A program made the translations under genes and the position numbers. Positions 9,931 to 18,772 of a stretch of DNA of 64,000 nt are shown in pieces. Origin of the DNA: Synergistales bacterium (GTDB lineage: Bacteria; Synergistota; Synergistia; Synergistales; JAFGMB01); NCBI GenBank assembly GCA_963666205.1, contig OY762654.1, positions 2,784,001 to 2,848,000 on the forward strand, in the 5' to 3' direction. Every line of letters begins with the position of its first letter. Within the stretch, counting starts at the first letter, position 1. Under the pieces are notes generated by a model. That model saw only the letters and a program-made list of their open reading frames with translations. It searched no databases and was not told where the DNA came from.

Positions 9931-10181
9931 TGTGTAATATTTTTTTCTATGTAAATAAGCTAATATTTTTTTCCATGCTTTTGTCGATAGTATCTATCTC
10001 TTTTCCATTCATCCTAGTTGATAGAGCTAATTAACTTTAATACTTCCTTATAAGGTTTCGTTGATCATTGAAATCATTGGATTTCTTTTCTCAGAAATCC
10101 CGTATTTGTTGTTCAGGATAAAAAGTATGTTTATCCCAAGTTCGATATGCTGAACTAATCATAATAATAATTTTTTACGAA

Positions 10182-10496
10182 TCATGCTTTATTCCATAGT
10201 GTGACTTTTTCATGGTACAAGATAAAAAATTCGTTACATGCTTCCCTGAGTGGATATTCACAGTATTTGACCGCAAATTCAGGCACAGTATGGATCTTAG
10301 GCCCTGCTTTCTTTGCAACATTACAGGCCAGTGGGTACAAGTCCGGGTCCTGAAGAACCTTCTCAAACATGTATGTCATTACTATCCTTGAGTCTGCCTT
10401 GTTTTGTCTTCCCCTTTTTGAGTTCGGGTGAATATAAAGAATATTCCACAGGAGGTGAAGCACTTCTGTTATACGATCAGGGCTTGGATCTTCCAT
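10182..10496 (-). CDS. hypothetical protein (element B)
   Basis: 104-aa ORF 8 bp downstream of HTH gene, same strand. Confidence 0.55.
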   Translation of the reverse strand: MEDPSPDRITEVLHLLWNILYIHPNSKRGRQNKADSRIVMTYMFEKVLQDPDLYPLACNVAKKAGPKIHTVPEFAVKYCEYPLREACNEFFILYHEKVTLWNKA

Positions 10497-10504
10497 CCGT
10501 TAAC

Positions 10505-10984
10505 TTATCCTTGTGACGACGAAAAGCCGGCAAGAAGATCTTCGACCTGCTGGTTATCAATTCCCTTGCACATATCTTCGGTTACTGTTTCCCTGTTCCT
10601 TATAAGCTGATCCCTTACTATCTCTTCAGGAGTCATGGGACCAGGGTTGGAAGAGGGTATCCGGTCGATTCCCACACTTTTTAGAATCTCAAAAGCTATT
10701 TTTACCCGGAAAGGGTTCTCCGGATCAGACAATGCTTCTTCCAGGCTTTTGATTGAAGATCCGATAAGAGTGGAAAGTCTTTCCTTGTGGGATTGCCATA
10801 TTTCAGAACGTTGTTTATTGAGTTCCGCTATGAAATAAGGATTCTGATTTACCCATATACTCACAGTCTGACGGGCTATATGGATCTTTTCCGCTACTTC
10901 TGTAAGTGTATGCCCTTCCAGGATAAGGGAAACGGCTTCAAGCTGTTTATCTGATAAATGTCGGGTTTCGACCGGATTTGTCAT
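10505..10984 (-). CDS. helix-turn-helix protein, phBC6A51/small-terminase-like
   Basis: LS.KQ..A..L...G.T..EVAE...IARQT...W....P.F..EL pattern; SD AGGAGG. Confidence 0.65.
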   Translation of the reverse strand: MTNPVETRHLSDKQLEAVSLILEGHTLTEVAEKIHIARQTVSIWVNQNPYFIAELNKQRSEIWQSHKERLSTLIGSSIKSLEEALSDPENPFRVKIAFEILKSVGIDRIPSSNPGPMTPEEIVRDQLIRNRETVTEDMCKGIDNQQVEDLLAGFSSSQG

Positions 10985-11002
10985 TCCTAAACCTCCTATT
11001 TA

Positions 11003-11224
11003 TTAATATCCCAGATAATTATTTACTACTTTCTTAAACTTGCTTTCTGCACTTGCAATATTTTTTAGAGAATCAAAAAGTTTCTGTCTTTCTTCGGGTT
11101 CCAAGATAGAGATATTCATAAGAGACTGAATTTCCTCATTTATCTGAGTAATGTGTGTTTTAATAGCTGATTTATGATCTTGTGCTTTCGCGCATAATTC
11201 TTGGGAAACTTTCATTTTCCACAC
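11003..11224 (-). CDS. small helical hypothetical protein
   Basis: SD AGGAG before GTG; in operon with HTH gene. Confidence 0.55.
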   Translation of the reverse strand: MWKMKVSQELCAKAQDHKSAIKTHITQINEEIQSLMNISILEPEERQKLFDSLKNIASAESKFKKVVNNYLGY

Positions 11225-11416
11225 TCCTTTTTGAAAATTCCCTCTAAGGGACCCAATTTTCTTATGCTGTTTGGGGCCCCCGGATAGAGGGTAGACCCGA
11301 TACGGGGTGTTACATGGTGGTGTATCTCTGTGAACAAAGTCATAGACTATTTATTCCATTCTGTAATACGTGATACGTCATATAAATACCATATGTAATT
11401 CGGGGTCCTTAAGAGA

Positions 11417-11443
11417 GTATCTGGTGTATCTGGTGTATCTGGC
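11417..11443. repeat. 3x 9-bp tandem repeat GTATCTGG(T/C), putative ori iterons
   Basis: Directly after prim-pol stop; related GTGTATCT at ~11320. Confidence 0.6.
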
Positions 11444-13156
11444 TTACCATAGTTCTGTGTCAAGGAGATATTCTTCCTTTAATCTCTGTAGCATCCCAGG
11501 TTTAGACTTGTAGTATCTTCTTTGGTATTTTTTCCCTTGAAATGTTTTTTGAATAACACAGGTTTCAAAACCTTCAAGTCTTAGCCTTTTGATAATCTCA
11601 TCCTTGTCGTATTTCTTTTCGTTACCCACAAAGACCCTCTGAAAGAATTCATTCAAAATAATTGCAATTGAGCCATTGCTTTCCCAATAGAGGGGGAAAG
11701 GGGCGCGGTTTGAATCAAAGATGTTTTCAATGATCCATTTTTCATCCTTCTTGTTATCACGCTTTGAAAAAGGATCTTCCCAATTGATTGGGTCCCTATA
11801 TTTTAGGTATTCGCAAAGTTGGTCCATTATTATGTCTTCCATATTTACTACTTCTACAACAACTTGGGGCTTAAACAGGATCTCAAGTACCCGTCTCCAT
11901 TTAGCGTTTGTGTAATAGGGTATTGAGTGTTGAACCTGGCTTAAGATCTTTGCTTCTATGCTTTTAAAGCTATACAAGCTTTTTGCCGTCCCAAGTCTCA
12001 CATTTCTGCCGTTTTTAAGTTCCATTACATATTCCGAGTCCTGGGTTCTTCCGTATTGAAATACTCTTTTCACAGGGAGTTCTATGCTTTGAGAGAACTT
12101 TTCAAGAGGATCTTCTGAGGCGTACATCTTTTGGAATTCCTCAATGTCCTCTGGGGAGAACTTGCCTGAGCTTTTTATGAACTCAAGTTTCTGTTGGTTC
12201 TGATCTATTGCTCTGTTTTCATATCCTTCTTGCACAGAAGTAAGTGCTTTTTCAACAGTTATCTGTCCGTAGGTCTTTGCTCCGTGCTTTTCGTCCCATT
12301 TTTTACGATAAAGGCCGGATTGTCTGAACAGGTTATCTATTCTGTACTGGTCTCGGCTAGTCCAGAAGGCAAGATAATCACAGAGGGCCATATCTGCCTC
12401 AGATTGAGAAGGATATCCAGTTATATCTCCGTTCCATAGGCTTGTGAAGGCTCTTCCGGTCTTATCGTTGTTCATGGCCTTATCAACAAGTTCTTTATCA
12501 TCAAGGGAGTTGGGCAGGGTAGGAGTAGTGTGTATTTGTTTAATACACTTGGCCTCATCTTCTTTATTTTCGGGAAAAATCTCTTGATACATTGAAGTAA
12601 GTTCATCCTGTCTTGATTCGATGGTGCAAGGATAACCAGGAAGGGTATTTCCTGTAAGAGCAAAGAACCTTGCATGGTCATATATCTCTATCCCTATTTT
12701 GTCATCCTTGCATCTTTTATCTGATGGCTTCTGGGCTTTGACTATTACATGAAGTCCTTTCCCACTTTGGCTAATCTCAGTCCAGGAATTAAACCTTTCA
12801 ATATATTGCCTTGCTGGTTCCTCAATTTCATTTGTTCCAGGATCTCTGTAGCCGTCAAAATCAATTCCACAGAATGGGTCATTCTCTGTGAAGACAAAGC
12901 CGATCCCATCAACTTTCATTTTGATGTCTTTGTAAGTTTCGTTTGTAGGTGAGATCTCCCCTTGAGCAAGAATCCTTGTTACTTCTTCAAAGGAAGACCA
13001 TGTTGAAGGGTTAGTTGTACTTGCGTTTTTACCGTTGGTTCCGACAGGTATTTTAGTGTATTTCTCTTTTTCAGGTTTCCAAACCTTTCTCCACAGGACC
13101 CATTGATTGTACTTCTTCATTTCTTCTGGGAAGTTATTGATAAGATTATTGGTCAT
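11444..13156 (-). CDS. NrS-1-type primase-polymerase (AEP superfamily) with helix-bundle domain
   Basis: QWVLW, AS.TNP.TW, GIGFVF...PF.GID.D, EISQSGKGLH, EIYD..RFFALTG, S.SEADMAL...LAFWT, LFRQSGLYR.KWD. Confidence 0.88.
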   Translation of the reverse strand: MTNNLINNFPEEMKKYNQWVLWRKVWKPEKEKYTKIPVGTNGKNASTTNPSTWSSFEEVTRILAQGEISPTNETYKDIKMKVDGIGFVFTENDPFCGIDFDGYRDPGTNEIEEPARQYIERFNSWTEISQSGKGLHVIVKAQKPSDKRCKDDKIGIEIYDHARFFALTGNTLPGYPCTIESRQDELTSMYQEIFPENKEDEAKCIKQIHTTPTLPNSLDDKELVDKAMNNDKTGRAFTSLWNGDITGYPSQSEADMALCDYLAFWTSRDQYRIDNLFRQSGLYRKKWDEKHGAKTYGQITVEKALTSVQEGYENRAIDQNQQKLEFIKSSGKFSPEDIEEFQKMYASEDPLEKFSQSIELPVKRVFQYGRTQDSEYVMELKNGRNVRLGTAKSLYSFKSIEAKILSQVQHSIPYYTNAKWRRVLEILFKPQVVVEVVNMEDIIMDQLCEYLKYRDPINWEDPFSKRDNKKDEKWIIENIFDSNRAPFPLYWESNGSIAIILNEFFQRVFVGNEKKYDKDEIIKRLRLEGFETCVIQKTFQGKKYQRRYYKSKPGMLQRLKEEYLLDTELW

Positions 13157-13248
13157 TTTAGTATCTCCTCCAACGTAATGATTTAGGGCTTAAGTGGAGG
13201 AATATGCTATAATTATTTTGGGAGTAAAAATAACATAGTCCACAGTTC

Positions 13249-13281
13249 AAAACCGTCTGTAAGCCCCGAGCAGACGGTTTT
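13249..13281. terminator. hairpin/terminator between Cro-like gene and prim-pol
   Basis: AAAACCGTCTG / CAGACGGTTTT inverted repeat. Confidence 0.65.
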
Positions 13282-13282
13282 T

Positions 13283-13501
13283 TCATGCACTTCTTTCTGA
13301 TAACCAGGTCTCATATTTTGAAATAAACTCACGTCCTTTCATGATCCCTGCATTTTCAAATGCATAGGCCAGTTTATAGGCTTCCTTTTGTTTCCCGTGA
13401 AAGACTTTCCACAGGTACCCATGACTTACACCTATTCGCTTTGCCAATTTCCTAAAGGATAGATTCTCGCTTTCCATTGCTTCTGTAATAGGGTTTTCCA
13501 T
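13283..13501 (-). CDS. Cro/XRE-family HTH regulator
   Basis: LSFRKLAKRIGVSHGYLWKVFHG HTH; SD GGAGG. Confidence 0.75.
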   Translation of the reverse strand: MENPITEAMESENLSFRKLAKRIGVSHGYLWKVFHGKQKEAYKLAYAFENAGIMKGREFISKYETWLSERSA

Positions 13502-13701
13502 TACATTTCAACCTCCAATGTCCGTAAAAACCTAACATTACACAATAGTTATTATAATTAATAAAGCAGGAGTTGTCAACATAAAAAACAGGTAACCATC
13601 AACACATAACATGCTCTCTAAAATGTAAAAGCGAGGTTGACATATGTAAAGTATTGATTTACAAAACAGATAAATGTCAGGGAAAAAATGGTATCTCAAA
13701 G

Positions 13702-13730
13702 TTTACAAGGGGGGGTAAATTGTCTATAAT
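13702..13730 (+). promoter_or_regulatory. sigma70-type promoter facing tRNA-Arg copy 2
   Basis: TTTACA-17 bp-TATAAT. Confidence 0.65.
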
Positions 13731-13905
13731 AATTACAGGAAGGCTAATGCTTCCGAACAAGTGAGGGATTAAATAACTTCAGTATTTTGCAAGGGCTTAG
13801 CTAAACTTCGTAGAGCATTATCTTTCCAATAACATCAAGTGTGTACAATATCGTTGCAGGTGGTGTTTTGCAAGGGGATCTGTTGGTGAAAAAAACTGGA
13901 TACAT

Positions 13906-13926
13906 TGGCGAGACCGCAGTCCTTGA
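13906..13926 (+). repeat. 21-bp direct repeat (putative arm site, right end of B)
   Basis: Identical to 4360-4380. Confidence 0.75.
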
Positions 13927-14005
13927 CAATCAAATAAGATGAGAATCATATTTTGAGCCATGCGATAAAGCCGGCCATAGCCTCACCCACCGCCATTTTT
14001 AAGGT

Positions 14006-14082
14006 GCGCCGGTAGCTCAGCTGGATAGAGCGGCGGTCTACGGAACCGCAGGTCACGAGTTCGAATCTTGTCCGGCGCGCCA
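14006..14082 (+). tRNA. tRNA-Arg (ACG), copy 2
   Basis: Identical to 4205-4281, including flanks TTTTTAAGGT and TTTCTT. Confidence 0.97.
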
Positions 14083-14232
14083 TTTCTTGTAAGTCGTTGC
14101 AAACACCGCTCTATCAGCCATAACTGGTGCAGTTAAGTGAGCTCGGTATCCTTCGGAGACCGTCGCTCTTGAGCACCGGCGACCGTGCTTCAAAAGTTAC
14201 CTCTCATTCACTCAGAATGGGAGGTTTTTTTT

Positions 14233-15186
14233 ATGGGTAAGAGTAACGTGGTTTTCTGTAACTCATGGGGTAACTCTTCTTACCAGTGGGAGGATCTGCT
14301 GGAGGAGTTTCTCATATTCAAGTCAGCTGAGGGGAAGTCAGACAGAACTGTTCTTGACTACCGGAATCATGTGACCAGATTCTTCCGTGCATATCCGGAT
14401 GTGCTGTGCCATCCATCCTCACTCAAAAGGTCTATCCTCGCATACCTCAAGAGTGCCAAGACACCCACTACCTATAATTTGAGACTCCAGAACCTGCGAG
14501 TATTCTTCGACTGGTTGATGGAAGAGGGGATAGCATCGGAAAATCCCTTAAGAAGGTTCAAGAAGAAGAGGAATCCGGGGAAATTTGTCCCAGTGAATGA
14601 GGAGATCCTCCAATCACTGCTGTCCCTTCCGGACAAAAAGACCTTCTCAGGGTTGAGGGATTACTGTCTCATCCTCTTCACCCTCGATACTGCTACTAGA
14701 CCGTGGGAAGCACTACAGCTGTTGCCATCCAACTGCAACCCCAGAAGTCTTGAGGTCACCATCCCTTCCCATATATCGAAGACTAGGGTATCCAGAACAG
14801 TCTATATCTCTGCCAGCACGTCCAAACAGCTGAGGAGACTATTAAGGTTAAGACATCCCCAGTGGAAGGAGGATGTGACCATATTCTGCTCCAGAGACGG
14901 TAAAGTTATGAAAGAGACATCATGGGGTCAGCAGATGAGAAGGTATAGCTTAAAACTGGGTTACAAGGTGACTCCGTACATGTTGCGCCACAGTTCTGCC
15001 ACCCTGTTCCTGCGGAACGGGGGGAACGCGGTGGCATTACAGAGGATGATGGGTCATACCTCCATGGAGATGACGGAAAGATATGTACATCTAGTGGAAG
15101 GGGACATAAGGGATCAGCATGCGAAGTTCTCTGCGTTAAAAAGAGTTGTAGAAGAGACTAACCGTATCCATAAGATAAAGGGATGA
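14233..15186 (+). CDS. tyrosine recombinase/integrase (element C), paralog of 4417-5349
   Basis: Shares TPYMLRHSSATLFLRNGG and ALQRMMGHTSMEMTERYVHLV with the element B integrase. Confidence 0.93.
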   Translation: MGKSNVVFCNSWGNSSYQWEDLLEEFLIFKSAEGKSDRTVLDYRNHVTRFFRAYPDVLCHPSSLKRSILAYLKSAKTPTTYNLRLQNLRVFFDWLMEEGIASENPLRRFKKKRNPGKFVPVNEEILQSLLSLPDKKTFSGLRDYCLILFTLDTATRPWEALQLLPSNCNPRSLEVTIPSHISKTRVSRTVYISASTSKQLRRLLRLRHPQWKEDVTIFCSRDGKVMKETSWGQQMRRYSLKLGYKVTPYMLRHSSATLFLRNGGNAVALQRMMGHTSMEMTERYVHLVEGDIRDQHAKFSALKRVVEETNRIHKIKG

Positions 15187-15539
15187 AGTTTGAAAATTAG
15201 CGGGGTTTACATCCGAATAGGTTCATATATAACTAATGGGGGGTGGGTTTTATACCCTCCCCCCCTCTTTTTTCTGAAACTTAAATTTTAAGAATCTGTC
15301 AAGACATTAGATTTGTTGTGATATTAAGTCATCGGGATGTTTCTGCAACTATATAACATAGTAAGGGTTTCATATTTACGCGTATTTTTAAATTCGTCAG
15401 TAAAAGTATAGATTTTCGAAAAGACTATGTAATATGAAATTTGCTATTTCCATTTTGAAAAGAAAGGGTTAAAGTGGTTGCCCGAAATATTTATTTCTAA
15501 ATTACAGAGAACTAATTTAGTGTATAATATTTCTGGAGG

Positions 15540-16079
15540 TTGATAATGATGTTAGAGGGAAAATTGATTTGTAAAATCATTTTGGACTTCTTAGGTGAAG
15601 ATGGTATTACGGAATATGACGAAAGATATGACATCCGTCTTATGGTTCAGAAGCTTATTTACATGTTCCAAGAGATTGGTCAAATCCCAGGGTATTCTTT
15701 TAGTTGGTATTTGGCTGGACCATATTCTAACCAATTGACAAAAACTATGTTCAATGATGTCGTTCCTCAAGTAGAATCTTTTATCAAATCTGCCGATGAA
15801 CTTAGTCTTACTGACGAAGGTACTGATCTTTTTCGTAAACTCCATAGTTTTTTTGACCATGTTGATGATGAAACATTACGTTCTAAAAAATTGAGAAAAT
15901 TTCAGTGGTACGAATTACTTGCTTCAAGTCACTATATTTATAAGACAACTCACAATATCGAGAGAGATATGTTAATTAAGCGTTTAGGAATCTCTAAAAA
16001 AGCGTATACGCGCTCTCAGATTGAGTTTGTGGTTGATCAATATTTCTCGATAAGAAGTTCTGGGGATATTGTTAATTAA
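15540..16079 (+). CDS. YwgA-like / Panacea (SocA, DUF4065)-like winged-helix protein
   Basis: R..VQKLIY..Q, Y.F.WY..GPYS..L, ELLAS..Y motifs. Confidence 0.65.
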   Translation: MIMMLEGKLICKIILDFLGEDGITEYDERYDIRLMVQKLIYMFQEIGQIPGYSFSWYLAGPYSNQLTKTMFNDVVPQVESFIKSADELSLTDEGTDLFRKLHSFFDHVDDETLRSKKLRKFQWYELLASSHYIYKTTHNIERDMLIKRLGISKKAYTRSQIEFVVDQYFSIRSSGDIVN

Positions 16080-16087
16080 TCCTTCGC

Positions 16088-17707
16088 ATGTCCAATTCCG
16101 CTAAGAGAAATATTAATGTTTATGACAATATTTATGGATACATTCACCTCGAGAAATCTCGTTATCAAAAGATTCTTGAACACCCTCTATTTCTTCGACT
16201 GCATAATATAAAACAAATGGGTTATTGCAACTTTGTGTTTCCCGATGCGATTCACACAAGATATTCTCATTCCCTAGGAGTCTATTACTTAGTTAAAAAA
16301 ATGATAGAAGCGCAAGAAAGAAAATTTATAAATCTTAGCTGTAGGTTTTATGCAGACTTTCCTAATGAAAAAGATGATTTATTGTTAAGTGCTTTATTGC
16401 ATGATATTGGTCATTTACCTCTTTCTCATACAGTCGAAGCAGCATTAGAGAGATATGAGAAGTTTTCGTACGAGAAAATAAAAGATGAAATGGAAGATGA
16501 AACTCAAAAAAAACAGATCGCGGAAGGTTTAGCAAATAATTTTTATTCTAAACCAGAATTTAAGCGTAATGGTACGAAGTTGCACGAACAACTAGGAGAA
16601 GATGTGCTACTTAATACATCTTTACATGATCTTCTTGTTGACGAACTTGAAGTAGAACCTTTGGAAATCTCTAACCGATTTAAAGGGGTTCTCGGTGATG
16701 ATTTAGATTCTTCCCCTAAAAATGGTAAGGAAGAAGATAAAGGTATGATAGGGTTAAGGCATAGTAGAAATTTCCTTCATTCCCAACTGGATGCAGACCG
16801 CATCGAATATCTACTTAGAGATTCCACCTTTACCGGAGTTAAGTCAGGAGCATTTGATTTTGAAAAACTTCTTGCTGAGATTAGATATACTGAAACTGCT
16901 AAATATGGTGTCCATATTGATGCATTAAGAGTATTAGAGCAATTCTTCATGGCAAGATTTGCAGCATATGCGCAAATCGTATTTCATAAACGTGTTGAAG
17001 GTTATGATTTGTTGGCACAAGATTTTTATTTTTCCTTGTTAAGGGATAGGGATAATCCAGAGATTAACCATGATGGAAAAGGCTACCCTAAGGTATTTAG
17101 TTATCCAGAAATTAAAGATCAATTAATGAAAGATGAAAAATGGTTTTACAGTTTTACCGATAGCTATTTCGAGCAACTGATTTATGAAGTTTTAGATACA
17201 AAGGTAAAGTTGGGTCAAAAAATTTTTTCCTATGCAAAAATGTTGCAAGAAAGAAAACCATTTAAGTGTGTTTATGAAGAGCAAAAAATGTGTACTCCTG
17301 ATCAATGGGAAAACTGGTCAATGGAAGATTCTCTTATTACATGTGTTGCTGAAAATGTTGAAGAATTTATGAAAATAGCTAGAGTTTCTAAAGATTCGTT
17401 CCTCCTAAAATTGATTCCTAATGATAGATATTCTTCTGACATGCAGTATTATTGGGATCTTTTTTATTTTGGTAAAGCTCTTTCGATATTTGATAGGGAT
17501 TCGAAGTATGATCAACTATACGCTTTTAAAACAGGGAAACCACCAGAACATTTAAAGAATTGTGAAAGCACTTTTTTAAAGTTAGATCTAGAAAAACTTT
17601 ACGTTCAAAGGATATTCGCTACTGATTTGGATATGGCAAAAAGATTAGAGGATGGACTTAAGAGGTTTGCTGACACAAAAAACAAAAAATACGATAATCA
17701 TTGTTAG
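16088..17707 (+). CDS. HD-domain phosphohydrolase, YwfO/SAMHD1-like dNTP triphosphohydrolase family
   Basis: D.IYGYI, RL..IKQMG, HTRYSHSLGV, LLHDIGH.PLSH, HE, LDADR.EYLLRDS, Y.QI.FHK. Confidence 0.85.
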   Translation: MSNSAKRNINVYDNIYGYIHLEKSRYQKILEHPLFLRLHNIKQMGYCNFVFPDAIHTRYSHSLGVYYLVKKMIEAQERKFINLSCRFYADFPNEKDDLLLSALLHDIGHLPLSHTVEAALERYEKFSYEKIKDEMEDETQKKQIAEGLANNFYSKPEFKRNGTKLHEQLGEDVLLNTSLHDLLVDELEVEPLEISNRFKGVLGDDLDSSPKNGKEEDKGMIGLRHSRNFLHSQLDADRIEYLLRDSTFTGVKSGAFDFEKLLAEIRYTETAKYGVHIDALRVLEQFFMARFAAYAQIVFHKRVEGYDLLAQDFYFSLLRDRDNPEINHDGKGYPKVFSYPEIKDQLMKDEKWFYSFTDSYFEQLIYEVLDTKVKLGQKIFSYAKMLQERKPFKCVYEEQKMCTPDQWENWSMEDSLITCVAENVEEFMKIARVSKDSFLLKLIPNDRYSSDMQYYWDLFYFGKALSIFDRDSKYDQLYAFKTGKPPEHLKNCESTFLKLDLEKLYVQRIFATDLDMAKRLEDGLKRFADTKNKKYDNHC

Positions 17708-17742
17708 AAATTAATTCTGATTTTGCTTACACGCATAGAAAC

Positions 17743-18297
17743 TTAACCAATGACCCTATATAAGGTCGACCGACTTATCCCCAACATCTCTGCGATCTCA
17801 TTGGGGTTATTATTCCTATCTGCCATCAATTTCTTCGCCATGGCAACCTGCTCTGCAGATAACTTAGGTTTCCTACCACCTTTCCTACCTCTAGCACGTG
17901 CTGACTTTAATCCTGCCATGGTTCTTTCCCTTATCAGGTTACGCTCAAACTCTGCAAGGGAACCGAATATATGGAATATAAGCTTTCCACCGTTAGTAGT
18001 GGTGTCAAACCCCTCTTGTATGCTCTTAAAGCCTATACCATGTTCCTCAAGGGTATTAACCACATCTATGAGGTGTCTGAGGGATCTGCCCAGTCTATCT
18101 AGTCTCCAGACAACAAAAGTATCCCCTTCACGCAGATGTTCCATTGCTTCCTTCAGTTGAACCCTTTCTGTACGTGCTCCGCTTGCTGTCTCATGGAATA
18201 CCTTCTCACATCCTGCTTGCTTCAATGCATCGATCTGCAGATCCAGTGACTGTTCCTCTGTAGATACCCTTGCGTAACCTATTAACATGTTCTGCAC
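17743..18297 (-). CDS. serine resolvase/invertase (Tn3/Hin family)
   Basis: GYARVST, VWRLDRLGRS, AEFER.LIRERT.AGL..ARARGR.GGR, C-terminal HTH. Confidence 0.95.
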   Translation of the reverse strand: MQNMLIGYARVSTEEQSLDLQIDALKQAGCEKVFHETASGARTERVQLKEAMEHLREGDTFVVWRLDRLGRSLRHLIDVVNTLEEHGIGFKSIQEGFDTTTNGGKLIFHIFGSLAEFERNLIRERTMAGLKSARARGRKGGRKPKLSAEQVAMAKKLMADRNNNPNEIAEMLGISRSTLYRVIG

Positions 18298-18427
18298 CTC
18301 CCCAGTTGTGTTATCCGAACTGTATCATAAAGGATATATAGATGGCAAATCAGGACTATGATAATAACACAGTGTTATGGGATAGTATCTACTGAAGGAA
18401 ACGGATGTCTATGAAGGAGTAGAGAAG

Positions 18428-18455
18428 TGTCCCACAAACGACCGTTAGTGATACG
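18428..18455. promoter_or_regulatory. putative res/hix-like crossover site upstream of resolvase
   Basis: Imperfect dyad TGTCCCACAAACGACCGTTAGTGATACG about 130 bp upstream of resolvase start. Confidence 0.45.
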
Positions 18456-18690
18456 GAACTCTATAAATATCAGGAGGTAAAATCAGAGTTCAATAAATCT
18501 CTTATCCATCAATGAAATTAGACGATTCTGTGGATGAAAAATCTACCTTATCTATATCCAGATCTGGAAATATTTCCCAAAAGTATAATTCTGCATGTAA
18601 TGTTAACTAATTTTCGTAGAGTAAGTTGTATTTACTGTCCATCTCTCCAAAACATTTCTAAAAATAATTCCTTGACAAATAGAGAGTGAA

Positions 18691-18726
18691 ACCGTTATGC
18701 TACCGTTATAACGGTAGCATAACGGT
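18691..18726. promoter_or_regulatory. perfect 36-bp palindrome, likely GntR operator over the -10
   Basis: ACCGTTATGCTACCGTTA|TAACGGTAGCATAACGGT; TTGACA at 18672-18677. Confidence 0.75.
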
Positions 18727-18772
18727 GGAATAACGTTAAGAGATAACAAAATAAAGATGGGAGAGTTGTTTT

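Larger units (their letters stand above)
4282..14005. mobile_element. integrative element B (satellite/PICI-like) between two identical tRNA-Arg copies
   Basis: Integrase next to tRNA, defence cargo, opposite-strand HTH-primase module, flanking direct repeats. Confidence 0.85.

Noticed and set aside
11417-11443. Tandem repeat considered as a CRISPR array
   Set aside because: 9-bp units with no spacers and no cas genes; no CRISPR array seen anywhere in the window
17750-18160. 136-aa plus-strand ORF, and the many other antisense ORFs in the track
   Set aside because: Shadow frames of well-supported genes on the opposite strand
17743-18460. Complete Tn3-family transposon around the resolvase
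   Set aside because: No transposase and no GGGG-type terminal inverted repeats found
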